Position numbers and translations under genes: made by a program. From Vibrio vulnificus CMCP6 (GTDB lineage: Bacteria > Pseudomonadota > Gammaproteobacteria > Enterobacterales > Vibrionaceae), in assembly GCF_000039765.1 (NCBI RefSeq), contig NC_004460.2:270001-302000 (forward strand): a stretch of 32,000 nucleotides of DNA, given 5' to 3'. The first letter of the stretch is position 1. Each line of letters starts with the position of its first letter. A model generated the notes under the pieces. The model did no database searches, had not been told where the DNA came from, and saw only the letters and a program-made list of their open reading frames with translations. This document shows positions 1 through 8,840 of this stretch, piece after piece.

Positions 1-48
1 TCGCTGTGGTAGAGTGAATATTCCTGTTTCTCCCACATCAGTTTTCCT

Positions 49-945
49 ATGTTATCGAATTTGAGGTCAGCGTTTCCCCTTGGCGTCCGCTACATGATTC
101 TATCGGCTTTGGGCTTCGCTCTAATGTCTGCCAGTGTTAAGTACGTGAGTGTACACGGTATTCCTTTGTTTGAAATTGTTGCGGCCCGTGCTTTGGTTTC
201 ACTAATCATCAGCTATCTGGATGTCAAACGAAAAGGGATATCGGTTTGGGGGAACAACAAACGCTGGTTGTTTGCTCGCGGTGCAGTCGGAACGCTCGCT
301 TTGATGTGTGTCTACTATGCCGTAACGGCATTACCTTTGGCGGAAGCGACCATTCTTCAGTACGTACACCCCGTTTTCACTGCGTTACTGGCGGTACTCT
401 TTTTGAAAGAGCGAGTACAGCCTGCGACCCTTGCGTGTATCACGCTTTGCTTATTAGGGGTTTTCACCATGGTTTACCCAAGCTTTGATGCATCGGGTGT
501 CGGTGAGTTACCGATGTTGAGTGTGGGTATTGCGCTATTGGGGGCGTTTGGCAGTTCGATTGCCTACGTGATAGTCAGGAAACTGAGCCGCACAGAAGAC
601 AGCTCTGTGATCATTTTCTATTTTCCTTTAGTCGCACTGCCAGTGTCAGCCATGCTCATTGGTGACGACTTTGTCGTGCCCGATATTACTCTGATTTTGA
701 TACTGATTTTGGTGGGTATCTTCACTCAAATTGGCCAGTTTGGTCTTACCAAAGCGATGCAAACCCAAACTGCGGGTAATGCCTCTGCTTATTCTTATGT
801 ACAGATCGTTTTTTCGGCTTTGTTAGGCGTTGTTCTGTTTAATGAGGTTCCCTCAATTTGGACGTTGTTGGGTGGTTCATTGATCGTAACAGGTGCTTTG
901 ATCAACGTATTTGGACCGAAATCCAAGTGGCTAGCGAATCGCTAG
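49..945 (+). CDS. EamA/DMT-family transporter
   Basis: 298-aa ORF with about 10 hydrophobic segments in the EamA duplicated pattern (…LPLAEATILQYVHPVFTALLAVLFLKERV…, and near the C-terminus …NASAYSYVQIVFSALLGVVLFNEVPSIWTLLGGSLIVTGAL…). Confidence 0.9.
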   Translation: MLSNLRSAFPLGVRYMILSALGFALMSASVKYVSVHGIPLFEIVAARALVSLIISYLDVKRKGISVWGNNKRWLFARGAVGTLALMCVYYAVTALPLAEATILQYVHPVFTALLAVLFLKERVQPATLACITLCLLGVFTMVYPSFDASGVGELPMLSVGIALLGAFGSSIAYVIVRKLSRTEDSSVIIFYFPLVALPVSAMLIGDDFVVPDITLILILILVGIFTQIGQFGLTKAMQTQTAGNASAYSYVQIVFSALLGVVLFNEVPSIWTLLGGSLIVTGALINVFGPKSKWLANR

Positions 946-1132
946 TTGCTAGAAGCGAAAAGAAGAATGCGTCATCCAGATCTGCCATATTCTAGTATCG
1001 CCTTTTAAACGTGTTGGACTAGGTGGATCTGACTCTCATTGTTCTCCGATAAGAGAATGTTCTTGTCGACTCTTTTAGAGAATGTGCTACTAATTCAGTC
1101 TGTTGCAGCATAGTGAAAGAACAGGGTGGAGA

Positions 1133-2341
1133 ATGATTTCATTACAGGGTCACATAATTGTTAATGAAGCCGACCTAGAGAAGGTGATACAGGCACTGCC
1201 TCTACACATTGAACTCACACGCAAGGAACCGGGCTGCTTAACGTTTAGTGTAAGCCAAGATCCTGTCAATCCTTGCTTGTTTCACGTCGAGGAAACATTC
1301 ACCTGTCAGTTTGCTTTCGATGAGCATCAACGACGCACAGCCATTTCTGCTTGGGCCGAAATTACGCGTTCGGCAAAACGTTGTTATCAAGTGTCTTACC
1401 AAACTCAAGTTACACCAAGGGCACGTCGCTACGACATCATTGGTGCGCCATTCAATCAGCTTGGTTGTTACGTTACCAATCAGAACCCTGTCGAGCAATT
1501 TCGCCAGTTGGATGAAAAAACAGGGCTAGGCTTATCTCAGTGGATAGCAATTCGCAATAATCGCTGGGATGCGGATATCAACGATTGCGGGGATGTTGCT
1601 GCCTCTTCTGATGTGCTCGACATGTTGGCATCCGATAACAAAGAGCAAGCCTTGGCTCTTTATAGCAGCGAGTTACAACAGAGGCTGCTTAAAAGCTATC
1701 AGCAGGGGCGAGTGCCGATTACGATTGGCGGCGATCACTCGATTGCGGTCGGCACGGTGCAGGCCACGCTCAATTTCTATCAACACCAACAAGAGAAGCG
1801 AGTTGCGGTGATCTGGGTTGATGCACACGCAGATTGCAACAACCAGTTGGCGAGTAATCTTCATGGTAAGCCCATCGCGCTGCTGATGAACGAATATCCA
1901 CATAATGGCTGGCAGATCGAAACATCATCTGCCTTGTCGCCCAGCGATGTTTACTTGATTGGTGTAAGGGATTTAATGCCAGCGGAACAACAATTGATGA
2001 CCCAATGGCAAATCTCCCATTATTCGATGGATATGATTGAGCATAAGGGTATCCACACCATCGTCGATATGCTGCTCACCCATCTTGATTGCCATTATGA
2101 CCACATCTACTTGAGTTTTGATTATGATGCGTTGGATGGAGCGCAATTTCGTGCTTGTGCCACACCGAATGTCGGCGGGTTGTCAGCGCGAGAAGCGTTG
2201 TATCTGGTGAGAGCTGTAGCGGCCCACCCAAAATTTGTTGGAGCGGACTTTGTTGAATATCTGCCTGAGCTGGATGAATCAGGGGTATCAAAAGAACTGA
2301 TGATTAAATTGATCGACAGTGTTTGGGGTTTTAGGCAGTAG
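1133..2341 (+). CDS. Fusion protein: N-terminal antibiotic-biosynthesis-monooxygenase (ABM/YgiN-like) domain plus C-terminal arginase/agmatinase-family (ureohydrolase) domain
   Basis: The track ORF begins at a TTG at 1103; ATG 1133 is preceded by AGGGTGGAGA. N-terminus MISLQGHIIVNEADLEKVIQALPLHIELTRKEPGCLTFSVSQDP is ABM-like. C-terminal part has ureohydrolase metal motifs GGDHS, DAHADCN and SFDYDALD. Confidence 0.85.
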   Translation: MISLQGHIIVNEADLEKVIQALPLHIELTRKEPGCLTFSVSQDPVNPCLFHVEETFTCQFAFDEHQRRTAISAWAEITRSAKRCYQVSYQTQVTPRARRYDIIGAPFNQLGCYVTNQNPVEQFRQLDEKTGLGLSQWIAIRNNRWDADINDCGDVAASSDVLDMLASDNKEQALALYSSELQQRLLKSYQQGRVPITIGGDHSIAVGTVQATLNFYQHQQEKRVAVIWVDAHADCNNQLASNLHGKPIALLMNEYPHNGWQIETSSALSPSDVYLIGVRDLMPAEQQLMTQWQISHYSMDMIEHKGIHTIVDMLLTHLDCHYDHIYLSFDYDALDGAQFRACATPNVGGLSAREALYLVRAVAAHPKFVGADFVEYLPELDESGVSKELMIKLIDSVWGFRQ

Positions 2342-2373
2342 CGACACAATGATAACGTTGGAAAGGACAACCG

Positions 2374-2739
2374 ATGTACGCAGAGCAAGAACAGCAAACC
2401 ATTGATATTGTTGAGCGACAACTCGAAGCATACAACCGCCGTGATATTGAGGCCTTTGCAGCCACGTATCACCCAGAGGTTGAAATTGCCCATTTTTCAA
2501 AAGGGTTGCTTTATTCGGGTAGGGAGACTTTGATCAAACGTTATGGCGAGAAGTTTGGCGGGTTAACGTATTTACGTGCGACCTCGTTAAAACGTATCGT
2601 TCATGAGCAATATTTGGTCGACCATGAGTTGGCGGAATCTTCAGATTTGGCAAGTCGGGAAATAAACCGCAGCATTAAGGTGGTGGCAGCTTATGAAGTG
2701 GAAAATGGACTGATTAAACGCGTCACGTTCATGGGATAA
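2374..2739 (+). CDS. SnoaL-like / NTF2-fold protein (nuclear transport factor 2 family)
   Basis: 121-aa ORF; VERQLEAYNRRDIEAFAATYHPEVEIAHFSKG…GRETLIKRYGEKF pattern typical of SnoaL-like proteins; GAAAGGA ribosome-binding site upstream. Confidence 0.75.
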   Translation: MYAEQEQQTIDIVERQLEAYNRRDIEAFAATYHPEVEIAHFSKGLLYSGRETLIKRYGEKFGGLTYLRATSLKRIVHEQYLVDHELAESSDLASREINRSIKVVAAYEVENGLIKRVTFMG

Positions 2740-2765
2740 AAAATGGGTGTTCATTCGAACACCCA
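2738..2765 (-). terminator. Rho-independent terminator for the PhnA-like gene
   Basis: TGGGTGTT(2744-2751)-CATTCG-AACACCCA(2758-2765) perfect 8-bp stem; on the minus strand followed by TTTTTT (2743-2738). Confidence 0.8.
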
Positions 2766-2789
2766 AGATCATTTAGCGTTAGCGAGACA

Positions 2790-3347
2790 TTACTTTTTAC
2801 GGCAGTATTCCGCGATAACGTACATAGATTGGCCGCCATTCACTTTACCAGAAACCAATTTAGGATCGTCACTTAGGCTAATGCCACGGATAACGGTACC
2901 TTGTTTGATAACTTGGTTAGTGCCTTTGATTGGCAGATCTTTGATAACCGTAACATCGTCGCCTTTTTTCAGTTCAGCGCCGTTACAGTCAACGGTTTTG
3001 TCGTCCGCAGACATTCCTTTCATAGCCCAAGTCTTGATCTCTTCTTCCATGTACATCATGTCAAGAGCGTCCAAAGCCCAGCTTTCAGAGTTTAGGCGAG
3101 TCAATTGGCGCCATGCAGTCACTTGTACCGCAGGAACCTGGCTCCACATGCTGTCATTAAGGCAGCGCCAGTGATTAATGTCTTTTGGCTCATCGATTTC
3201 GCTAAGGCACTTGTCACAAACCATGATGGCTGTGTCAACGGTCACGTGACCGTGAGGCGGTACTGCATAAGCAGTAAGCGAAGATTCAGAAGAACACAAT
3301 TCACATTTAGACTGGCAACGATCCAGCAGAGTTGCTTCGATAGACAT
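2790..3347 (-). CDS. PhnA/YjdM-family zinc-ribbon protein
   Basis: Cys motifs CELC and CDKC at the N-terminus; C-terminal PhnA-like segment (VDCNGAELKKGDDVTVIKDLPIKGTNQVIKQGTVIRGISLSDDPKLVSGKVNGGQSMYVIAEYCRKK); AAGGTGAG upstream of ATG. Confidence 0.9.
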   Translation of the reverse strand: MSIEATLLDRCQSKCELCSSESSLTAYAVPPHGHVTVDTAIMVCDKCLSEIDEPKDINHWRCLNDSMWSQVPAVQVTAWRQLTRLNSESWALDALDMMYMEEEIKTWAMKGMSADDKTVDCNGAELKKGDDVTVIKDLPIKGTNQVIKQGTVIRGISLSDDPKLVSGKVNGGQSMYVIAEYCRKK

Positions 3348-3504
3348 AAGAACTCACCTTAGTAGTATTAACTTGAGGCGGTATTATCCACTTTATCCTG
3401 AGAATTAAAAGGGTCTTCGCCAATTTAAGTGGGGATTTTACAATATTCCAACCCAAAAAGAAGATTTGGTTTAAGTGAGGAGCAATCAAGTTATATGGCT
3501 TCCA

Positions 3505-3539
3505 ATAAAATGCCCAGTATTACAGGTAACACTGGGCAT
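3505..3539 (-). terminator. Rho-independent terminator downstream of the volA homologue
   Basis: ATGCCCAGT(3510-3518)…ACTGGGCAT(3531-3539) stem with an inner TTAC/GTAA pairing; minus-strand 3' side reads ..CATTTTATT. Confidence 0.65.
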
Positions 3540-3563
3540 GATTCGAACATTGAAATTTATGAT

Positions 3564-6041
3564 TTACTTGCTGGCATCTAAAAACGCTGCGTCGACTGCT
3601 AACAAACCGTCACTGTTGCCTTTGGTGAGCGTAAACTGAACGATTTGAGAACTCATTTCACTGTGAGCCAATGCTTCTTCATCCGTTTCCGGCGCAATCA
3701 CCGTCGAGTGGGCTGCGTTAGATGACGAATCAAAGTACGACGCAACACGCGAACCAGAAGCATTGGTCGCTGTGTTTACTAATCCTAGTTTCTTAAACAA
3801 AGGCTCTGTCCCTGCGGTCGGAATTTTCGACACTTTATTGGGAATGGTTGCATCGCCATTGGATTGAATGCCCAACAAAGAACCGCTCACTTGAGAAGCC
3901 ATATTGAATGGGTCAACGTTGTCCAACACGGTCTGCGCAGCGTAAGTAAATGAGGTCAATGCACTATCGATTTGACTTTTCGCTTCGGCATCCGCCGCGC
4001 TATAGAAGTTGTTGAAACATGTGCCAGGATTGTCTTTGGTCGGACATGTATTCGCGTAGTAATTTAAGTAACTTGGAACTGCCGCCGCAGTGATGCTGTG
4101 CTTGATGATGGGTGAAAATGAACCAGACTCAAACAAAAATGGTGCAATACCGCCACCTAGATTGGCTAATGTTGCTGTCTTGTAAGCAAACATCGGATCA
4201 ATCACTGGATTGACCGAGGTATTAGCAACAGCGTAGCTACTGATGCCAGTAATGCCACCGATAGAATGACCGATCAGGGAAACATCCGACTGATTGACTG
4301 TCTGGAAAGCAACTTCTGTTGGATTTACGTAATTGAGTGCATATCTCAGTCCTAAACCGTCGATTGCGCCTTGACGAATGTTGTCTCTTGCCACTGGCAA
4401 GTATTCAAGATTCATAAAGACAGTCGGTGTCTGGGGCGTCGTTACGGTCCCATCGGACAAAGCACGTTGACCATGCAATGGCTGATCGATAGCAATTAAT
4501 GCATAAGGGGTTTTGCCCGTTTGAATCGCGGTACTGATATGGCTTAGTGCCAATGCATAAGCACTTTCTTTTAGGTTGGTGATTCCGTGCTGATATTGCA
4601 GTAGAGGTACATTATCTGCGCCAGCACCTTTAGGAACAAACATGATGAAAGGCACTTCTTTGACTGCACGGATCTGCGGCACTGCACTGTATCTCGTCAG
4701 AATTCGATCGGCGTCAAGCTGAGTACCATCGGCTAATGTCAGTTTCGCCCCCACAAGCAGCGCTTGGTGCGGTGTGGAGTAGAGCTGAGCTGGGAGATCC
4801 GTAAAGCCTAAATCGACTAACTGCTGGCTGATTGCAGCCTTATCTGCGTCTGAACCTGAACTCAAAGTCTTTAGAATCTTAAACACACTTGGCATACCGC
4901 TACGCCAAGGAAGCGTCTTCCATTCTTTACCATCAACTTGATCACTCAGGAAGTAGGGCAGTTTGACTGTTCCACGAAACACTTGAATAGAATCCAGCGC
5001 CGGATGATTGATCAGCTGTTTGTAACTATTTGCCAATAAGTCGGCTTTGTCTTGCCCAACTGCACTGACAAATATGGGGTCATTGCTCACCGCTACATCA
5101 AAATCCGAACCAACGTCTTGAGCATCAATGCTGTAAAGCGAGTTGAGATCGTCAACGGAGAGGTTGTTTGGGTTCGCGGTGCCTTTCCAAACACCAGCCG
5201 GCTTAACAGCAGGATTTGCTGAAGCAGCTATCGCTGCTTTTGTTCCCTGCATTACATTACCGGCTGACGCAGTCGTAAACCAAGAAGAGTAAACAATTTC
5301 ATCTTTATTGGTAACTTGTGCGTTATCTTCGAAGGTTTTTTCAATGTTCCAGATAATTTTTTGCGGTGTCGCCAATAGACCAGACTGAGCCATTGAACTC
5401 TTCAAGCTGGCATAGGAGCTGGATGTACCGAGCGGATTGTTGTTACTGTCTTTGATCGACTCTGTCAGTGCATAGATGTAGTTTGACGCAGGATCCAAAC
5501 CGTTGAGAGGAACAACGTTAATGCTCTTCAGATCGGTTGTGACCGCAAGAAAATCAACACCCGGAGTTAGGGCAGTAAAATTAGTCATAGCGCCAGTCGC
5601 AAGATCGACATCAACCTTAGCCACACGAATACCAGCATTTAGGTTTTGGCTAAATGGGGTGCCATTAGGAGTGATGATCAAATCGTTGAGAAGCGTGACA
5701 CCATCAGCAAGGTTTAGAGGGATGCTAAATGGCATAATGGTACTCCAACCATCCGACTCGCCCATTGCAACTTGAGGGTTATCCAAGCCTTTAGAAGAAC
5801 CCGCACTAAGTGGGATATTCAAGGTGTGATCATTGGTATCAAACAGCAAGAACGAGGGTAGCGGCACCGCCGCAGATGTTCCTTTCAAGGCGAACTTAAT
5901 TGACGCATCGCGCCCCAACAACTCCTGAACGCTTGGTTCAAAAGTCACTGAACCTGTCGTGCCTGAGCTTTCTGTGTTGTCACCACAACCCGCAAGTAGG
6001 ATTGCTGAACATAGTAGCGATAATTTAAAGGTATGTTTCAT
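3564..6041 (-). CDS. volA: VolA/Pla-1/cef-family extracellular lipase, outer-membrane lipoprotein
   Basis: 825 aa with lipoprotein signal (MKHTFKLSLLCSAILLAGC) and lipase nucleophile motif GHSIGG (…VSLIGHSIGGITGISSYA…). Immediately upstream of it on the same strand is a FadL homologue, as in V. cholerae volA. Confidence 0.85.
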   Translation of the reverse strand: MKHTFKLSLLCSAILLAGCGDNTESSGTTGSVTFEPSVQELLGRDASIKFALKGTSAAVPLPSFLLFDTNDHTLNIPLSAGSSKGLDNPQVAMGESDGWSTIMPFSIPLNLADGVTLLNDLIITPNGTPFSQNLNAGIRVAKVDVDLATGAMTNFTALTPGVDFLAVTTDLKSINVVPLNGLDPASNYIYALTESIKDSNNNPLGTSSSYASLKSSMAQSGLLATPQKIIWNIEKTFEDNAQVTNKDEIVYSSWFTTASAGNVMQGTKAAIAASANPAVKPAGVWKGTANPNNLSVDDLNSLYSIDAQDVGSDFDVAVSNDPIFVSAVGQDKADLLANSYKQLINHPALDSIQVFRGTVKLPYFLSDQVDGKEWKTLPWRSGMPSVFKILKTLSSGSDADKAAISQQLVDLGFTDLPAQLYSTPHQALLVGAKLTLADGTQLDADRILTRYSAVPQIRAVKEVPFIMFVPKGAGADNVPLLQYQHGITNLKESAYALALSHISTAIQTGKTPYALIAIDQPLHGQRALSDGTVTTPQTPTVFMNLEYLPVARDNIRQGAIDGLGLRYALNYVNPTEVAFQTVNQSDVSLIGHSIGGITGISSYAVANTSVNPVIDPMFAYKTATLANLGGGIAPFLFESGSFSPIIKHSITAAAVPSYLNYYANTCPTKDNPGTCFNNFYSAADAEAKSQIDSALTSFTYAAQTVLDNVDPFNMASQVSGSLLGIQSNGDATIPNKVSKIPTAGTEPLFKKLGLVNTATNASGSRVASYFDSSSNAAHSTVIAPETDEEALAHSEMSSQIVQFTLTKGNSDGLLAVDAAFLDASK

Positions 6042-6063
6042 CGTTATACTCCATCAATCCTAA

Positions 6064-7311
6064 TTACTTAAAGGTGTAGTTCATTTGAATCGCGCTGATG
6101 TAAGCCGTGCCTTCTGCTTCGAATTCAAGCACTTCATCTGCTGCGTTGGTTTCTTTGAATGAACCAGAACGGCTCTTAACCAGTGCAAAGCCCGCGTCGA
6201 TCGTCATGTTGTCGCTCATCAAGTAAGTTAAGCCTGCGCTGTACCAGAAACGGTCGCTGTCAGGAATGCTGAGGGTTGCTTCACCGGCTTGTTCATCAAA
6301 TGCTAAGCCTGCGCGAAGAGTCCAGCTTTCGTTCATTTGATAGGTTGCACCAAGTGAATAACGATTGTTGTTTTCGTAATGCTCTGGTTTATAGAAGCAT
6401 TGACCAGCGGTACCATCGTTACACTGTGGAGACGTTGCCTTTAGCTCGGTGAATGTGCTCCATTCGGTTTGTTGCCAACCGGCGTGCATCGCCCATTGTT
6501 CGTTAAATTCATGGTATGCCGAGACTTCAATGATGGAAGGTAGGCTGATCTGTAAACGGCCATCGACTTTAGGGGCTGTGGCGATGCCTGAGTCGTAGCT
6601 GCTGAATTCACCATCATCGAAATCCAGATCGACTTTGGAACGATAACCCAAACCAAAGCGCGTCTTTTCACTGAGTTCGTATAGTGCGCCAACGTTCCAG
6701 CCGTAACCAAAGGTCGTGCCAGTCATACCGATCAAGTTTTCTGATTTATCGGTCGATCCAAACAGAGGTGCGAGAGAACCCTTGTGACGAGTCAACTCTG
6801 CGTGCGCATAAACAAAATTCACACCCGCACCCACGCTCAACGCTTCGTTAACGCGATAGGCGATATTGGGGTTGATCCCCACTGAAACTAACGCCGTATC
6901 ACCAGCCATGTCGCCAGCTGAAATGTCGTCTGGGTAGTCAGTCGCCACACCGTAGTTGGTAAACATACCAATACCCCATGCCCACTTCTCATTAATAGGG
7001 CTGATGTAATAGGCTGCTGGAACAAGTTGCAAAGGCGCAACGTCATCAGATTGTTCGCCATTCGTTTTGTCGTAAACATTGACCTCTGGATCTACGATAG
7101 ACAGGGCACCAGAAAACTGTGCGTTTTCAAATAGTGTCATCGCAGCTGGGTTTCTCGCCAATACCGAAGCGTTGTCAGCAACAGCCCCTTCACCGGAAAA
7201 CGCTCGACCAAGACCAGACGCTGAATGTTCCGCAACTTGAAAACCAGCGGCATTAGCATGGCAGGCAAACAATATCGATATCGTCAGCAGAGAGCAGTTC
7301 TTCTTGTTCAT
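6064..7311 (-). CDS. fadL: OmpP1/FadL-family outer-membrane long-chain fatty acid transporter
   Basis: Signal peptide MNKKNCSLLTISILFACHANA followed by canonical AGFQVAEHSASGLGRAFSGEGAVADNASVLARNPAAM; aromatic C-terminus …QMNYTFK. The track ORF extends to 7491, but ATG 7311 has a strong GGAGGG site. Confidence 0.93.
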   Translation of the reverse strand: MNKKNCSLLTISILFACHANAAGFQVAEHSASGLGRAFSGEGAVADNASVLARNPAAMTLFENAQFSGALSIVDPEVNVYDKTNGEQSDDVAPLQLVPAAYYISPINEKWAWGIGMFTNYGVATDYPDDISAGDMAGDTALVSVGINPNIAYRVNEALSVGAGVNFVYAHAELTRHKGSLAPLFGSTDKSENLIGMTGTTFGYGWNVGALYELSEKTRFGLGYRSKVDLDFDDGEFSSYDSGIATAPKVDGRLQISLPSIIEVSAYHEFNEQWAMHAGWQQTEWSTFTELKATSPQCNDGTAGQCFYKPEHYENNNRYSLGATYQMNESWTLRAGLAFDEQAGEATLSIPDSDRFWYSAGLTYLMSDNMTIDAGFALVKSRSGSFKETNAADEVLEFEAEGTAYISAIQMNYTFK

Positions 7312-7535
7312 CCTTGACCCTCCTAGGGTGTGTGATTGTGGACAGATGTCCTTGTAATTGTTGTTTGTTATGCAACTCGACTTATTGAGTTGAGTATTAA
7401 TTCTATTATGTAACATGGATGTTAATTTAATGTAAGCGAAAGTGTCAAAGTTAGTGTGCTTTTTAAACAGTAAATTTGATGCATAGATCAAGTCTGTATC
7501 TCTAAGGCGATGTATTATGGAGATATTTTTTCAAT

Positions 7536-7552
7536 GAATGGTTTGACCAGAA
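7536..7552. promoter_or_regulatory. Candidate FadR operator in the fadL / M50 intergenic region
   Basis: GAATGGTTTGACCAGAA contains the FadR core TGGT-N3-ACCA (TGGTTTGACCAG). Outer positions are imperfect. Confidence 0.4.
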
Positions 7553-7686
7553 ACATTTTGATTATTTTATGGGGAAATAGCGTGCTATCTGTTCAAATTG
7601 TGCGCTGTTCAGAAGAAGGGCGCTTTTAACCCCCTTTGTGCACAGGCATAATGGGGCCTTTGTCTATTTGGATAGCCGAGTAAACG

Positions 7687-8769
7687 TTGGAATTATTAAA
7701 TATCGAATTTCTTGGGCGCTCGTTGAGACTTGAAGGCTCAATGGCAGGTTGGCAGCAGCTTTTTTGGGACAACACTCTGGTTTCTCAGCGTGATGCTACG
7801 CACGGACAACAAGGGGAGTTTGTTCATGAGTTTCAACTTATGGCGGGCGAAGAGACGCTAAACTGCCAGCTCAAAGGTCAATTGACGTGGCAGCCATTCC
7901 AATTGGACTACCAATGTGGTGTCAATGATCAGCTTGTGATACAGGGGAGTCGAAACGAAAAAGACATCGAGCAGCAAGTCCCTGTGCAACCACGCCAAGA
8001 AGAGCGCCGTTTTAGTCTTATTGGCTTGATTTCTCTGGGCATGAAAGCACTTAAAAGTGCCAAGATCATCAAAGTTGCCCTTGCTTCAATGAGTTTGGCA
8101 GCCTATTCATGGCTGTTTTCATTCCAGTTTGCGCTGGCGTTGATTGCTTGTTTGGTGATTCACGAATATGGCCATGTTCGTGCAATGAAATACTTTGGCA
8201 TGCAAACCAAAGGGTTTTACCTAATTCCGTTTTTTGGCGGTATGGCGCTCAGCGACGATAAGATCAATACCCGTTGGCAGGATGTGGTAATTTCCATTAT
8301 GGGGCCGTTCTTTGGTCTGATCCTCAGCGTAATTCTGGTGGTGACCTATTGGCTGACGGGCGAGGCTTTTTTCGCAGCGCTAGCGGTGTTTAACGCCTTA
8401 TTAAACTTGTTTAACTTACTGCCCATTCTCCCATTAGATGGTGGGCATATTCTCAAAAGCATCACGTTTTCGATGAACAGTTGGGTGGGGCTCGTCGGCG
8501 GGGTACTCACCGCGGCTGCGGGTGTGTATCTTTCCTATGCATTAGGTTTAACGCTGTTTGGTTTTCTGCTCATTATGGGGATGTTAGAGATTGTGATGGA
8601 ATGGCGTGGCCGACATCATAGCCATCTTCTTCCTCTGACGCGTTATGGCCAGTGCTTTGCATTTGCTTGGTATCTTATGTCTGTGGCGGGTTTTGTCGCG
8701 ATCATCTGGTATTTTGCGGCAACCGGTGATGATTTGATGCGTTTACCGCTATTGATCCTTGGCTCCTAG
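7687..8769 (+). CDS. Site-2 protease / M50-family membrane zinc metallopeptidase
   Basis: HExxH motif in a transmembrane segment (LVIHEYGHVRAMKYFGM) and the second motif NLLPILPLDGGH. Start codon in the track is TTG. Confidence 0.85.
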   Translation: MELLNIEFLGRSLRLEGSMAGWQQLFWDNTLVSQRDATHGQQGEFVHEFQLMAGEETLNCQLKGQLTWQPFQLDYQCGVNDQLVIQGSRNEKDIEQQVPVQPRQEERRFSLIGLISLGMKALKSAKIIKVALASMSLAAYSWLFSFQFALALIACLVIHEYGHVRAMKYFGMQTKGFYLIPFFGGMALSDDKINTRWQDVVISIMGPFFGLILSVILVVTYWLTGEAFFAALAVFNALLNLFNLLPILPLDGGHILKSITFSMNSWVGLVGGVLTAAAGVYLSYALGLTLFGFLLIMGMLEIVMEWRGRHHSHLLPLTRYGQCFAFAWYLMSVAGFVAIIWYFAATGDDLMRLPLLILGS

Positions 8770-8811
8770 CTAATCCGTTGCTTATAGAAAAAGTGTCGTA
8801 TTTCCAATAAG

Positions 8812-8836
8812 AAAGAGCTCCTTTACGGAGCTCTTT
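8812..8836. terminator. Hairpin between convergent genes, terminator-like
   Basis: AAAGAGCTCC(8812-8821)-TTTAC-GGAGCTCTTT(8827-8836), a perfect 10-bp stem between convergent genes ending at 8769 and 8841; T-tract is short. Confidence 0.65.
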
Positions 8837-8840
8837 ACGT

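Noticed and set aside
930-952. Short palindrome CTAGCGA-A-TCGCTAG around the EamA stop codon
   Set aside because: It includes coding sequence and the stop, and has no T-tract, so it is not convincing as a terminator or operator.
2743-3362. Plus-strand ORFs 2743..3174, 2901..3095 and 3105..3362
   Set aside because: They lie antisense to a clear PhnA-family gene and show no recognisable domain. The first begins in the terminator hairpin.
7312-7491. 60-residue N-terminal extension of FadL
   Set aside because: The strong SD and signal peptide place the start at 7311; upstream sequence looks like a promoter and leader.
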